Notes under the pieces: model-generated
What the model saw: the letters and a program-made list of their open reading frames with translations, nothing else
Told to the model about the DNA's origin: nothing
Database searches by the model: none
Position numbers and translations under genes: made by a program
From: Candidatus Eiseniibacteriota bacterium
GTDB taxonomy: Bacteria; Eisenbacteria; RBG-16-71-46
Length of the DNA stretch: 64,000 nt
Direction: 5' to 3'
NCBI GenBank assembly: GCA_963707915.1
Contig: OY970178.1
Span: forward strand, 2,368,001 to 2,432,000
Shown here: piece after piece, positions 32,321-44,207 of the stretch
Layout: each line of letters starts with the position of its first letter
Position numbering within the stretch: the stretch's first letter is position 1

Positions 32321-32758
32321 ATGTTCGCATTCCAGGGGTTCGGACCCGACGTCTTCGTGCCATTCCTGGTGTTCTCCATCCCCATCATCGCCATCGTCGG
32401 CGGCATCACCGCCGGGATCGTGAAGACCATCAGCCGCCACCGGCTCATCGAGCTGGCCCAGCGCGAGCGCATCGCCATGATCGAGCGCGGCCTGGACCCC
32501 TCGAAGCTCCCGCCGCTGCCGCTGAGCGAGATCGCCGACGCCACCCCGCTGATGTCGCCCGCGGACGCGGCCCGGCGCCGCTCGCAGGGCCTGATGATCG
32601 GCGGGCTCGTGACGCTCGCCGCCGGCATCTCGCTGGGCGTGCTCCTGTACAACGTCGCCGACGAGGCCGGGGTCTGGTCGGTGGGGCTCATCCCGTCCGC
32701 CATCGGCGTCGCCCTGCTGCTGAGCGCCTTCCTCGTGCGCCCCACGAACGGCAGCTAG
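32321..32758 (+). CDS. Small membrane protein, DUF6249-like
   Basis: GGAGG RBS; TM helix, RERIAMIERG, then GLMIGGLV and two further TM helices. Confidence 0.78.
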   Translation: MFAFQGFGPDVFVPFLVFSIPIIAIVGGITAGIVKTISRHRLIELAQRERIAMIERGLDPSKLPPLPLSEIADATPLMSPADAARRRSQGLMIGGLVTLAAGISLGVLLYNVADEAGVWSVGLIPSAIGVALLLSAFLVRPTNGS

Positions 32759-32767
32759 GGGGCGGCC

Positions 32768-33230
32768 ATGCATCTCCTCGACGAGGACCTCTTCGTGCCC
32801 TTCCTGGTGTTCGCGATCCCGATCGTCGCGGTCGCCGGCGGCATCCTGGCGGGCGATCATCCGGAACGTCAGCGCCCACCGCCTGATGGAAGTGGTCGTG
32901 CGCGAGCGGATGGCGCTGGTCGCGCGCGGCGTGGAGCCCGCGCGGATCCCCGGGTGGCCGGGCGGCGCGGGCTTCGGGCTCCTCCCGCTGCTCTCGTTCA
33001 CCGACCAGTCCCGGCTCCGCGCGCAGGGGCTCCTCGTCGGCGGGCTCGTGACGCTGCTGGGCGGGCTGGCGCTCGGCGCGTTCCTGGGCCTGACCGAGTC
33101 GTGGGAGTCGCGCGAGTGGACCGTCGGGCTGGTGCCGGTCTCGATCGGCATCGCGCTGCTGGTCAGCAGCGCGATCGTGCGGGCGCAGGGCGGCGACGAG
33201 GTCCGGGGAACGCCGTCGCGCGCGGCGTAG
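32768..33230 (+). pseudogene. Tandem paralogue of the preceding membrane protein, split by a +1 frameshift (or a sequencing error)
   Basis: FVPFLVFAIPIVAVAGGILAG matches the paralogue; removing the G at ~32855 continues IIRNVSAHRLMEVVVRERMALVARG. Confidence 0.78.
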
Positions 33231-33239
33231 CCCGGGCGG

Positions 33240-34529
33240 TCAGGCCGTCGGCTCGACGGCGGCGCCGGGCCGGCAGCGCGCCAGCGCCGCCGCCGCCTTG
33301 GCGATCGCGCCGGACCAGTCGCCCGGCACGTCCTGGTCGCAGACGGTGACGCCCCGGTACCAGCCGGTCCAGCGCCAGTCCACGTCCTTCACGCTCAGCA
33401 CGCAGGTCGGCACCCCCATGGCGGCCGACAGGTTGGGGATCGCGGTCTCGGTCGAGAGCACGAGGTCGAGGTCGCGCACCACGCCGGCGGTGTCGAGGAA
33501 GTCCCGCGCCGCGCTCAGCGGCTGCGCCAGTCCCCGCGTCGCGGCCTCGTGCTCACGCGCGCCGCGGTGCAGCGAGACCCAGTCGACGCCGTCGAGCGCC
33601 AGCAGTGGCGCGAACGTGTCGAGCGAGGTGGAGCGCACCGCGTCGTAGGCGAAGGCGGGGTTGCCGGCCCAGTTGATGCCGACCCGCGGGCGGGCGCGCG
33701 CGGCGGGCGGCGGGCCCGCGCCGAGCCACGGCGCCGTGGGCACGTCCTCGATCCGGCGCACGCCGAGCAGCAGGGGCAGGCTCATGATCGGCGCCCAGGC
33801 GTCCCAGCGCGCCCGGTCGAGCGTGGTCACCACCTCGAGCCGCGGATCGAGCGTGGCGACCAGCCGCGCGAGCGGCGCCGGCGAGTGCACGATCACGCGG
33901 GCGAAGCGGTCGGCGAGCGTGGCGAAGAACCGGCTCATCAGCAGGAAGTCGCCGAGGCCCTGCTCGGGCACCACGAGCAGCGTGTCGCCCGGCCGCGCGT
34001 CGCCGGTCCACGCCGCGCCGCGCAGGCCCGCGCCGGTGCGAAGCAGCGCCCGGCGCTCTTCGCAGAGCGGCAGGCCGCGCTCGAGGTCGTTCTCGAGCAG
34101 CAGGGTGTGGCCGAGGTTGAAACGGGCCATCGGGTGCGCGCCCGCGAGCTCGAACGAGCGCTTCGCCTCGACGAGCCGGCGCAGGCCCTTCCAGGCCATG
34201 CCCTGGTTCACCAGCGCGAGCGGGTGGCCGGGCGACGCCGCCAGCGCCAGGTCGCAGACCCGCAGGGCGTACTCGTGCCGCCCGGTGCGGTTGCAGACCA
34301 TCGCGAGGTTGATGAGCGCCTCCGGGAACGGCACCTTGAGCCGGATCGCGGCCGAGAACGCGGCGAGCGCCCCGGCGTGGTCGCGCCGCTCGGCCAGCAC
34401 CAGCCCGAGCACGTTGTGGGCGACCGCGTCTTCGGGAGCGGCCTTCAGCGCCGCGCGGGCCTCGCGCTCGGCGGCCGCGAGGTCCCCCTGGCGCAGCCAT
34501 TTCAGGGCCCGCTCGAGCCGCTCGCTCAC
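33240..34529 (-). CDS. TPR-repeat protein with a C-terminal GT-B (GT9-like) glycosyltransferase domain
   Basis: TPR repeats (AHNVLGLVL, ARFNLG), EQGLGD, VGINWAGNP, DFLDTA...LDLVLS, DWRW; GTGA overlap with the ATPase. Confidence 0.85.
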   Translation of the reverse strand: MSERLERALKWLRQGDLAAAEREARAALKAAPEDAVAHNVLGLVLAERRDHAGALAAFSAAIRLKVPFPEALINLAMVCNRTGRHEYALRVCDLALAASPGHPLALVNQGMAWKGLRRLVEAKRSFELAGAHPMARFNLGHTLLLENDLERGLPLCEERRALLRTGAGLRGAAWTGDARPGDTLLVVPEQGLGDFLLMSRFFATLADRFARVIVHSPAPLARLVATLDPRLEVVTTLDRARWDAWAPIMSLPLLLGVRRIEDVPTAPWLGAGPPPAARARPRVGINWAGNPAFAYDAVRSTSLDTFAPLLALDGVDWVSLHRGAREHEAATRGLAQPLSAARDFLDTAGVVRDLDLVLSTETAIPNLSAAMGVPTCVLSVKDVDWRWTGWYRGVTVCDQDVPGDWSGAIAKAAAALARCRPGAAVEPTA

Positions 34530-37420
34530 GCGCGGCTTTCCGCCGCCTGCAGCTCCAGCCACTGCACGCCCGCGGCCCAGACGTCCGGGTCGAGGCTCGC
34601 CAGGTGCTCGTGGCGATTCCGGTGGCAGGTCACGAGGATCACCTGGTGGTCGCGGGCGAGCGATCCGGCCAGCACCCGCATGCCGGCGCGCGCGCGCTCG
34701 TCGTCGCTGTTCGCGAACACGTCGTCGAGCAGCAGCGGCAGCGGGTTCGCGGGCCGCGAGAGGAACTCGCTGATGGCGAGCCGCACCGCCAGGTGGAGCT
34801 GGTCGCGAGCGCCGGCCGAGAGCTGGAGCAGCGCCTTGCCGCGGGCCGCCTGCTGGCCGTCGCGCAGCCGCAGCGAGAAGTCGAGGTCCTCGCCGAAGCG
34901 CACCTGGTCCAGCTGCGCGCCCATCGCGGCGAGCAGCTCGCCCACGCGCCGGTTGAGGAAGTCGGCCCAGCGCCGGTGGGTCTCGAGCGCCACCTCCTGG
35001 ATGGTGGTCGCGGCCAGCTCGACCGCGCGCTTGAAGCGCCGCGCCCGCTCCAGCGCCAGCTCGATGCGCGCCTGCTCGGCCAGCAGCTCGGGCTCGCGCG
35101 TCGCCGCCCGCCGCACCACCTGGTCCACCGACTGGCGCAGGTCGCCGCGGCGGCGCTGCACCAGCTCGATGATCTCGCGCTGGGCGCGCACCTCGCGGTC
35201 CAGGTCGAGCGCGGGGCGCGCCGGCGCCGCCCCGGGGCCGAGCGGTCCGCCGGCCTCGGCCTCGAGCGCCGCCAGTTGCGCCTCGAGCTCGGCGGCCTCG
35301 GCGTCCGGCGCGAGCCGCTGGCGGGCCTGCGGGATCAGCTCGTCGGTGAGCAGCGCCAGGCGCGCGCGGCGACGCGTGGACTCGGCCAGCTCCTTCACGC
35401 GTTCGCTCCACGGCGAGTCGGGGTCGTAGGGCAGCCCGGCGAGCCGCAGGATGCCGACCGCCCGCTCGTGCAGCCCGGTCACCTCGGTCGCGCCGATCCG
35501 CTTCTCCTCGTCCACCCACGACAGGCTCTTCTCGAGCTCGGCGATGCTCTGCCGCACCGTCGCCAGGCGGCGGATGCCGGTCGCCACCGCGTCGAGATGG
35601 TCCGCCTCGGGCACACCGCCGCCCACGCGCGCGAGCCGCTCCCGCGCCTCGGCCAGCGCCGCGAGGCGGCGGGCCTCGAGCGCGCCCGCCTGGTCCCGCA
35701 CGCGCTGGACCGGGCTCGATTCGTCCATCAGGGCCTTGTACTCGTTCCACTCGCGCATCAGCTCGACCGCGGTGCGGGCGCCGAACCGCGCGGCGAACTC
35801 CTCGAGCACGAGTTCGCTCTCGGCCCGCTGGAGACGCAGCGCCTTGATGCGCCGCTGCGCGTCGGTCAGCCCGCTCATGGCCAGCGAGCGGTCGCCGCGC
35901 CGGGCGCCGTCCGCGAGCGCGACCAGCACCACGCCGATCAGGCCGAGGGCCAGGCCGCCGGCCAGCAGCGCCGTGGCGAGGCGCCGGTCGCCGCCGACGA
36001 CGAGGACGACGCCTCCCGCCACGGCGGCGCCAGCGCCCAGCGCCGCCAGCGACCAGCCCGGCTGCCGGCGTCCCGCCCGCAGGGCATCGATCTGGCGCAG
36101 GGTCTCGGTGTGGACGGTGCGGGCCTGCTCGAGGTCGGCGACCTCGGTCTGGAAGGCGAGCGCCAGCGCCCCCTGGCCGCCGAGCAGCTTCTGCTGCTCC
36201 TCCCCGAGCGCCCCGAAGCGCGCGGTCAGGGCCTCGACGCGCGCGGGCTCGTAGCCGCGCTGGCCGAGCGAATCGTGCAGGCCGGCGACCTCGCCGCGCA
36301 TGCGCTCCTCGTCCGCCGCGAGCCGGCGCAGCTCCGCGGCCAGCGCCACCAGGCGGTCGGCGTCCTCGATCGTGCCGCCTTCGCAGGCCCGGAGGCTCTC
36401 GATCTCCGCCTCCAGCTCGCCGCGCCGCCGGTTCTGCTCCTCCTGCCGCCGCGCGTCGAGCTCGGCCAGGTTCTTGAGGGCCGCCTCGCGCAACGCGAGC
36501 GTCTCGCGCAGGTCGGCCTCGGCGTCGGGCGGCACCTGCCGGTACGGCGCGAGCGAGCTCGCCTCGGCCTGCAGCCGCGCCAGCGCTTCGCGCTGCCCGC
36601 GCTGCTCCGCGACCCGGCGGGCGAGGTCGCCCGTCACGGCGGCGCGCCGCTCGGACTCGAGCCGCGCGATCGCCTCGCGCGCGGCCTGCTCCTCGTCCCC
36701 GAGCCGCGCCAGCTGCTCGAGCGGCCCGGCGACCTGCTGGCGGTCGTGCGCGAGCGCCTGGAGCTCGCTCGCCAGCGTCTCGCGCTTGAGCTCGAGGCGC
36801 GAGATGGCGTTCTCCACGGTGCCGGTGAAGTCCACCTCCTCGCTGGTGTAGCGGCGCAGCGCGCCCTGCAGCACCTGCAGCGTCTCCGCCGCGCTGGTGT
36901 CGCCCCCGCGCGTGTCGGCGGCGCCCTCGAGGCGCGCCTGCAGCGTGCCGCCGCGCCGCGCCTTCTCGTCGCCGGGGACCACCTGGTCGAGTTCGCCCTG
37001 CCGCACCAGCGCGCACTTCTCGAACTCCTCGGGGTCGAGGCCGAGGAGCTTCTTCCCCACCGGGAAGGCGTCCTTGCCCTCGCGGAACGAGGCGGTGACC
37101 TCCCGGCCGCGCTCGTCCCAGACCTCGACCGTGCCGCGTTCGAAGTCGCGCTTCACGGTGGTGACTTCGCCCTCGCACTCGAGCTCGAGCTCGACCCGGT
37201 AGGAGCCGCCGTCCCACGGGCGCCAGCGCTCCATCGGCGTCATCACCTTGTGGCTGCGGCGGTCGTCCTCGAGCCCGTAGAGGGCGGCCGAGACCGCGGC
37301 GAGCAGGCTCGATTTGCCGGTCTCGTTGCGGTCCACGATCAGCGTGACGCGGCCGGGGCTGAAACGGTACTCGCCCCGCAGCGGTCCGAAGCCGTCCACC
37401 CTGAGCCGCAGGAGCCTCAT
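34526..37420 (-). CDS. Rad50/SbcC-like (YhaN-type) SMC-family ATPase
   Basis: RNETGKS Walker A, VRQG Q-loop, long coiled coil, LSAGARDQ signature, LLLDD Walker B, TCH. Confidence 0.9.
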   Translation of the reverse strand: MRLLRLRVDGFGPLRGEYRFSPGRVTLIVDRNETGKSSLLAAVSAALYGLEDDRRSHKVMTPMERWRPWDGGSYRVELELECEGEVTTVKRDFERGTVEVWDERGREVTASFREGKDAFPVGKKLLGLDPEEFEKCALVRQGELDQVVPGDEKARRGGTLQARLEGAADTRGGDTSAAETLQVLQGALRRYTSEEVDFTGTVENAISRLELKRETLASELQALAHDRQQVAGPLEQLARLGDEEQAAREAIARLESERRAAVTGDLARRVAEQRGQREALARLQAEASSLAPYRQVPPDAEADLRETLALREAALKNLAELDARRQEEQNRRRGELEAEIESLRACEGGTIEDADRLVALAAELRRLAADEERMRGEVAGLHDSLGQRGYEPARVEALTARFGALGEEQQKLLGGQGALALAFQTEVADLEQARTVHTETLRQIDALRAGRRQPGWSLAALGAGAAVAGGVVLVVGGDRRLATALLAGGLALGLIGVVLVALADGARRGDRSLAMSGLTDAQRRIKALRLQRAESELVLEEFAARFGARTAVELMREWNEYKALMDESSPVQRVRDQAGALEARRLAALAEARERLARVGGGVPEADHLDAVATGIRRLATVRQSIAELEKSLSWVDEEKRIGATEVTGLHERAVGILRLAGLPYDPDSPWSERVKELAESTRRRARLALLTDELIPQARQRLAPDAEAAELEAQLAALEAEAGGPLGPGAAPARPALDLDREVRAQREIIELVQRRRGDLRQSVDQVVRRAATREPELLAEQARIELALERARRFKRAVELAATTIQEVALETHRRWADFLNRRVGELLAAMGAQLDQVRFGEDLDFSLRLRDGQQAARGKALLQLSAGARDQLHLAVRLAISEFLSRPANPLPLLLDDVFANSDDERARAGMRVLAGSLARDHQVILVTCHRNRHEHLASLDPDVWAAGVQWLELQAAESRA

Positions 37421-38637
37421 GCGCCGAGCTCCTCGTAGGCGGGCACGACCTCGCGCAGCCGGAACGCGTCGAGCCCGTAGAACAGGGCGCTCTCCAGGTC
37501 CGCGCGCCGCGCCGGGTCGGTCTCGGCGTCGAGCCGCTCGAGCAGCACGCGCGCGAAGCGGTCCTCGGTGGTGACCGGGTCGAGCGCGCGCAGCGCCGCC
37601 AGGTCGTAGTCGGGACGCAGGGCGCGCGCGTCGAGCCGCACGTGGAACGCGCGCGGCCGCAGCTCCGGGCCGGGCGCGGCGTAGCGGACGCCGCGGGCGA
37701 GCCGGCCGGCGAGGCGCACCACGACGAGGTCCGGGTCGCCCGCGCCGACCTGGTCGAACGCGCGCAGCACGCGGCGGTCCACCTGCTCGGCGGAGGTGGC
37801 GCCGGTCACGTCCACGGTGACGTCGTAGACGCGGCGGCGGTCCAGCTCGATGAACTCGAGCTCGGCGCGGGCCGGCCCCGCCCCGGTGGTGAGGCGGACC
37901 TCGTAGGCGCCGTGGCGGCCGGTCTCGCTCACGTCCAGCGCGATCGCCGCGCCCGCGTTCCCGAGCCGCGCGCCGGCTTCGGACTCGAGGCTGCCGGGCG
38001 CGTGGATGTGGCCGACCGCGAGGTAGTCGAAGGGCGAGGCCAGCACCTCGGCGTCGGAGAACGGCGCCACCGGGTTCTGTCCCGGCGGCAGGAACCCCTC
38101 GCGCGAGCCGTGGAAGACCGCGACGTTCACGTTCCCGGCGGCGGCCGCCGCCACGTGCGCGACGGACTCCGGCGCGAGCGGCCGCGTCGCCGACTCCACG
38201 CCCTGGATCGAGCAGCGCCCCCAGACGCACACCGCGTCCAGGCCCGAGAGCGGCACCGCGGTCCACTCCGGCGCGTCGAAGACGTGGACGTGCGCCGGCC
38301 AGGCGAAGCCGCGCGCCCGGAGCAGCGCCGGGTTCCAGTACGGGCTGGTGGTCGAGCACGGATCGTGGTTGCCGGGCGCGATGAAGACCGGCGGGCAGCC
38401 GTTCACGCCGAAGGCGTGCACCGCGAAGGCGAGCGTGTCGGCGTCCACGTAGTCGAGGTCGAAGAGGTCGCCCGGCACGAGGATGGCGTGCACGCCGCGC
38501 TCGATCGCCTGGCGCACGGACAGGTCCAGCGCGCGGCGCTGGTCGCTGCGCCGGTCGGCGCGCCGCTCCGGCGGCAGCCAGCCGAAGGGCCGGCCGAGGT
38601 GGAGATCGGAGACCTGCAGGAAACGGATGACGGCCAT
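37417..38637 (-). CDS. Mre11/SbcD-like (YhaO-type) metallophosphoesterase nuclease
   Basis: SDLHLG, GDLFD, PGNHD, FHGS, YLAVGHIH; AAAGGAG RBS; ATGA overlap with the ATPase. Confidence 0.92.
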   Translation of the reverse strand: MAVIRFLQVSDLHLGRPFGWLPPERRADRRSDQRRALDLSVRQAIERGVHAILVPGDLFDLDYVDADTLAFAVHAFGVNGCPPVFIAPGNHDPCSTTSPYWNPALLRARGFAWPAHVHVFDAPEWTAVPLSGLDAVCVWGRCSIQGVESATRPLAPESVAHVAAAAAGNVNVAVFHGSREGFLPPGQNPVAPFSDAEVLASPFDYLAVGHIHAPGSLESEAGARLGNAGAAIALDVSETGRHGAYEVRLTTGAGPARAELEFIELDRRRVYDVTVDVTGATSAEQVDRRVLRAFDQVGAGDPDLVVVRLAGRLARGVRYAAPGPELRPRAFHVRLDARALRPDYDLAALRALDPVTTEDRFARVLLERLDAETDPARRADLESALFYGLDAFRLREVVPAYEELGA

Positions 38638-38877
38638 GCGCAGGAGACTCCTTTCTCGCGACGCGGCGAAGCCGGGACCGCGGTCACGGCAACGAAGAGG
38701 GGTGCGGCCAAACTATCAGGAAGGATGCGACCCGGCAACGGGTTGGGTGCCGGCCGGAGAACCGCCGGCACGACGGCCGGGCGCCGGGGCGGGGAGGCCC
38801 GCGCCGGCGGGGCGCGGACCTCCCCGCGGGCGCGCCGGCGCCCTCCGGCTGGCGGCGCGCGCCGACGCCGGGCTAGG

Positions 38878-39630
38878 ATGGCCGGCACCATCATGCGACC
38901 GCCTGCCGCCGCCATCCCCGTCGCCGAGATCGAGCGCCGCCTGCGCTGGCGGGTGCTCGCGATCGGGGTCTTCGTCGCGTTCATGGTGGCGCTCGCGGTG
39001 GTCGCGGCGGTCTCGGTGCTGGTGCCCACGCACCTGGTCGCCGGCCTGCCCGACGACGTCGACGTGACCGCCGCGAGCGCGGCCCTTCACTCCCGCCTGC
39101 CGCTGGACGCGGGGGGCCTGCGCTTCCGCACGGCGCTGGCCGGCGAAGCGCCCCCCGGCGCCGTGCCCGGCGTGGGGGCGCAGCGGCTCGCCGAGGTCGC
39201 GGTCCCGCTGCTCGAGCGCGCGCGCACGCGCCACCGGGGCGACCCGCGCATCGAGGTGGCGCTCGCCCATCTCGACCTCGCGCGACGGCGCTACGCGCTG
39301 GCCGAGCGCGGCTACCGCGCGGTCGCCGACCGCGGGGTGAACTCGCCCGAGGCACGCCTCGGGCTGGGACTGGCGCTGGCCCTCCAGGCCGACGCCGAAC
39401 GCGAGCCGGACCGGGTCCGCGCGCTGCGGCTCGAGGCGATCGCGCAATTCGTGGCGGTGGACCCGCGCGATCCGGCACATACCGTCGCGCTCTACGACCG
39501 CGCGCTGCTGCTCCACCGGGTCGGGCGCCGCGCCGAGGCGCTGCGCGTGTTCCACGAATACGCCGCGCGCGACTCCGGCAGCGCCTGGGTGGGGCGCCTG
39601 GCGCAGGCGCTGGGGGCCGCGCGGGACTGA
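38878..39630 (+). CDS. Membrane-anchored TPR-like protein
   Basis: Single N-terminal TM helix followed by TPR-like helices (EARLGLGLAL, ALYDRALLL); start may be 38893. Confidence 0.7.
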   Translation: MAGTIMRPPAAAIPVAEIERRLRWRVLAIGVFVAFMVALAVVAAVSVLVPTHLVAGLPDDVDVTAASAALHSRLPLDAGGLRFRTALAGEAPPGAVPGVGAQRLAEVAVPLLERARTRHRGDPRIEVALAHLDLARRRYALAERGYRAVADRGVNSPEARLGLGLALALQADAEREPDRVRALRLEAIAQFVAVDPRDPAHTVALYDRALLLHRVGRRAEALRVFHEYAARDSGSAWVGRLAQALGAARD

Positions 39631-39722
39631 GCCGGGGCCCCGGCGCGCGCCACGCGGCGGGCGGGCGGTCGCGAGCGGACGCGGGCGTGCGCGCACCACG
39701 GACCTGCTAGACTCCCCGGCCC

Positions 39723-41369
<1,647 letters not shown>

Positions 41370-42532
41370 CCGCCGGGCCGGAAGGCGAGCTGGTCGTGGA
41401 GGATCTTCGCCCACGCCAGGATGCAGGGCAGCACCTTCAGCCGCCAGGGCAGCAGGAAGCCGGTGCGGACGCCGACCGGGAACAACTCCGTGGGCGAGAG
41501 GACGGTGAGCACCAGGACCGCGAGGAGCAGCGCGCGGTCGAGGGCGCCGCGCTCCTGCGCGACGTACCACAGCGCCACGCCGCTCACCGCGATGACGAAC
41601 GTGGGCGACTCGGCCTTGTGGTTGAAGACGACCACCCAGACCAGCACCGACGCCAGCATCAGCAGCCGGAAGCCGGGTCGCCCCCACGACCGCCGGTTGA
41701 GGTAGGCCAGGCCGAAGAGCGCCGCACCCGCGATCACGATCAGCCGCTTGTCGGGCACCAGGCCGAGCCAGACCTCCAGCCCGCCCGCCAGCGACAGGCC
41801 CAGCGAACTGGCGTAGTCGGCCTGCAACATGGCCCGCCAGTCGGCGTACTGCGCCAGTAGCGTGCGCGGCGGGGTCGCCACCACCGGCACCACCGCGAGC
41901 GCGACGGCCCACGCCGCCAGTGCGGCGCAGAACCTCGCCCGCCGCGGGTAGAGCACGAACAACGCGGCCGTCACCAGCCCGAAGGGCTTGAGGAAGGCGG
42001 CCAGGGCGACGAACAGCGCCGCCCGGCCGGTGCGGCCGGCCTCGAGGTCGTTGTAGGCCTGGATCATCAGCCCCGCCATGAGTCCGTTGCTCTGCGAGTT
42101 CTGCAGGTTGGTGAGCAGTTCGAGCGCGACGAACAGCAGGACGAAGGCCTTCTGCCGCTCCCCCAGGCAGCGGATGCCCCGGATCGCCGCGAGCAGCGCC
42201 CACGCGTTGAGCAGGTTCCAGGCGATGAGGCCCAGCCAGTCGGGCGTCCCGGCGAACACGCCGCAGAACAGGGCGAACGCCGGGGAGTACTTGTAGATGT
42301 CGTGGTGCGGGCCGGGATGGAGGACGTAGAGGTTGCGCCCCGCCAGCAGGTCCGCGAACGACGTCTTGAAGATCAGGAAGTTGTTGTAGTGGGTGTGCGA
42401 CTGGGCGGTCCCGCCCCAGGCGTAGGCAACCAGCGAGGCCGCGACCGCCAGCACGGCGTAGAGCCCCGGCAGCACCCCCGGCCGGGTCGCGATCGCGACC
42501 ATCCGCTCTCTTGCCGACATGCCGCCGCCCCT

Positions 42533-44207
42533 CTACCTCGCCGCCGGGTCCCGCCGGAAGAACACGAACCCGTTCGCCCGGCCGATCTCCACCTTCTTCG
42601 CGTGCCCCGCGTAGCGTTCCACGTCCTGCACCTTGCAGACGAAGTAGGCCGGGCGGTCGATGTCGCCGTCCAGCAGCCAGGCCTCGAACTCGCCGTAGGT
42701 CATCCCGTGGCTCGACGGACCCTGCTCCGGCCGCTCGGCCGCGTAGAAATGCGGCGCGTAGCTCCGGAACCCGAGCGCCCGGACGTAGCACGGCCGCCCG
42801 GCGAGGCCCTGGTAGAACTCGACGGCGGCGCGCTGCGTGATCGCCTCGATGCGCGGCGCGAAGACCGGCAGGACGGCCATGGACACCAGCGTCGTCGTCG
42901 CGAACAGCCAGGCGACCGCCTGGCGCGGCGCGCCGCGGCCGGCGAGCGCCACGGCGACGGCGACGCCGGCGATCAGCAGCGCGCCCGGGGCGGCGTCCCA
43001 GCCGGTCCACACGACCGGGGCCTGCAGGTTGCCGCGCGCGAACGGGTCGCGCACCAGGCCGATCCAGCGCTCCTTGTCCATGAGCAGCAGCGGCAGCCCC
43101 GCCAGGAGCACGCCCCAGAGGGCGCCGAGGAGCCCGACCAGGATGGTCGCGTGGCGCTTCCATGGCTCGCCCTGCGTCACCGTCCGGTACAGCGCGGTCG
43201 CGGCCAGGAACGTCACCGGGAAGTAGGCCAGCGAGGAGTAGTGGACGATCTTGGTGCGCACCGCCGAGAAGACGACCAGCACGACGACGAGCAGGATGAC
43301 CATCCAGAGCTTCAGGTCGCGCTGGCTCCCGGAGTCGGACGGGCGCGCGCCCAGCCCGGCGAACAGCAGCGCCGACGCCGGGAAGCACCCCAGCAGCAGG
43401 ACGACGAAGTGGTAGGGGACCGGCTGACCGTGCCCGGCGTCGCCGGTGGTGAGCAGCCGCAGCTGGTAGGCGACGAACCTCGAGACGAACCACGTCCCGT
43501 GCAGGGCCAGCTCGACGCCGAACCACAGCCCGGCGACCGCCGCGGCCACCGCGGTGAAGACCAGCGCGGGCGCCAGCGGGAACCGCACGCGAGCGGCGCC
43601 GGACCAGCCAGAAGACGCCCCACGCGAGCGCCACCAGCAGGTACCCGACCGGCCCCTTGGTGAGGACCGCCAGCCCGGCGCAGCCCCCCGACAGCACCAC
43701 GGGCGTCCAGGGCCCGTGCGATCCGCTGGTGGCGGTCTCGTAGTGCCGATGGAGGCCGTACACCGCGAGGAACATGGCGAGGTTGAACGCCGGGTCGATG
43801 ATGCCGGAGCGGAAGTAGAACCCCGGCAGCAACGAGCCCGCGTAGACCGCGGCCCAGAGCAGCCCGAAGCCGCGGTCGCGCGCCCGCCGCCCGATCGCGT
43901 ACAGCGCGAGCAGCGTGGCCGCACCGACCAGCGCGTTGGGCAGCCGCGCCGCGAATTCGTTCACTCCGAACGCCTTCATCGAGGCGACCTGCATCCAGAT
44001 GAAGAGCGGCGGCTTCTCCCAGAACGGCTGGTAGTCGATCTGCACGCGGGTGTAGTCGCCGGTGACGATCATCTCCCGCGCGGCTTCGGCGAAGTTGATC
44101 TCGTCCCAGTCGAAGAGGTGCGCGGCACCGAGGAACGGCACGAACAGGGCGATCCCCGCCAGCACCACCAGCAGGCGGACCCAGCGCTCGGAGAGTCGTC
44201 CGGTCAT
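42533..44207 (-). pseudogene. ArnT/PMT-like GT-C glycosyltransferase split by a +1 frameshift near 43590 (possibly a sequencing error)
   Basis: LFDWDEINFAEAAREM, EKPPLFIW, AARLP, LTKGP in the first frame; GHGQP, TKIVHYSS in the second. Confidence 0.85.
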
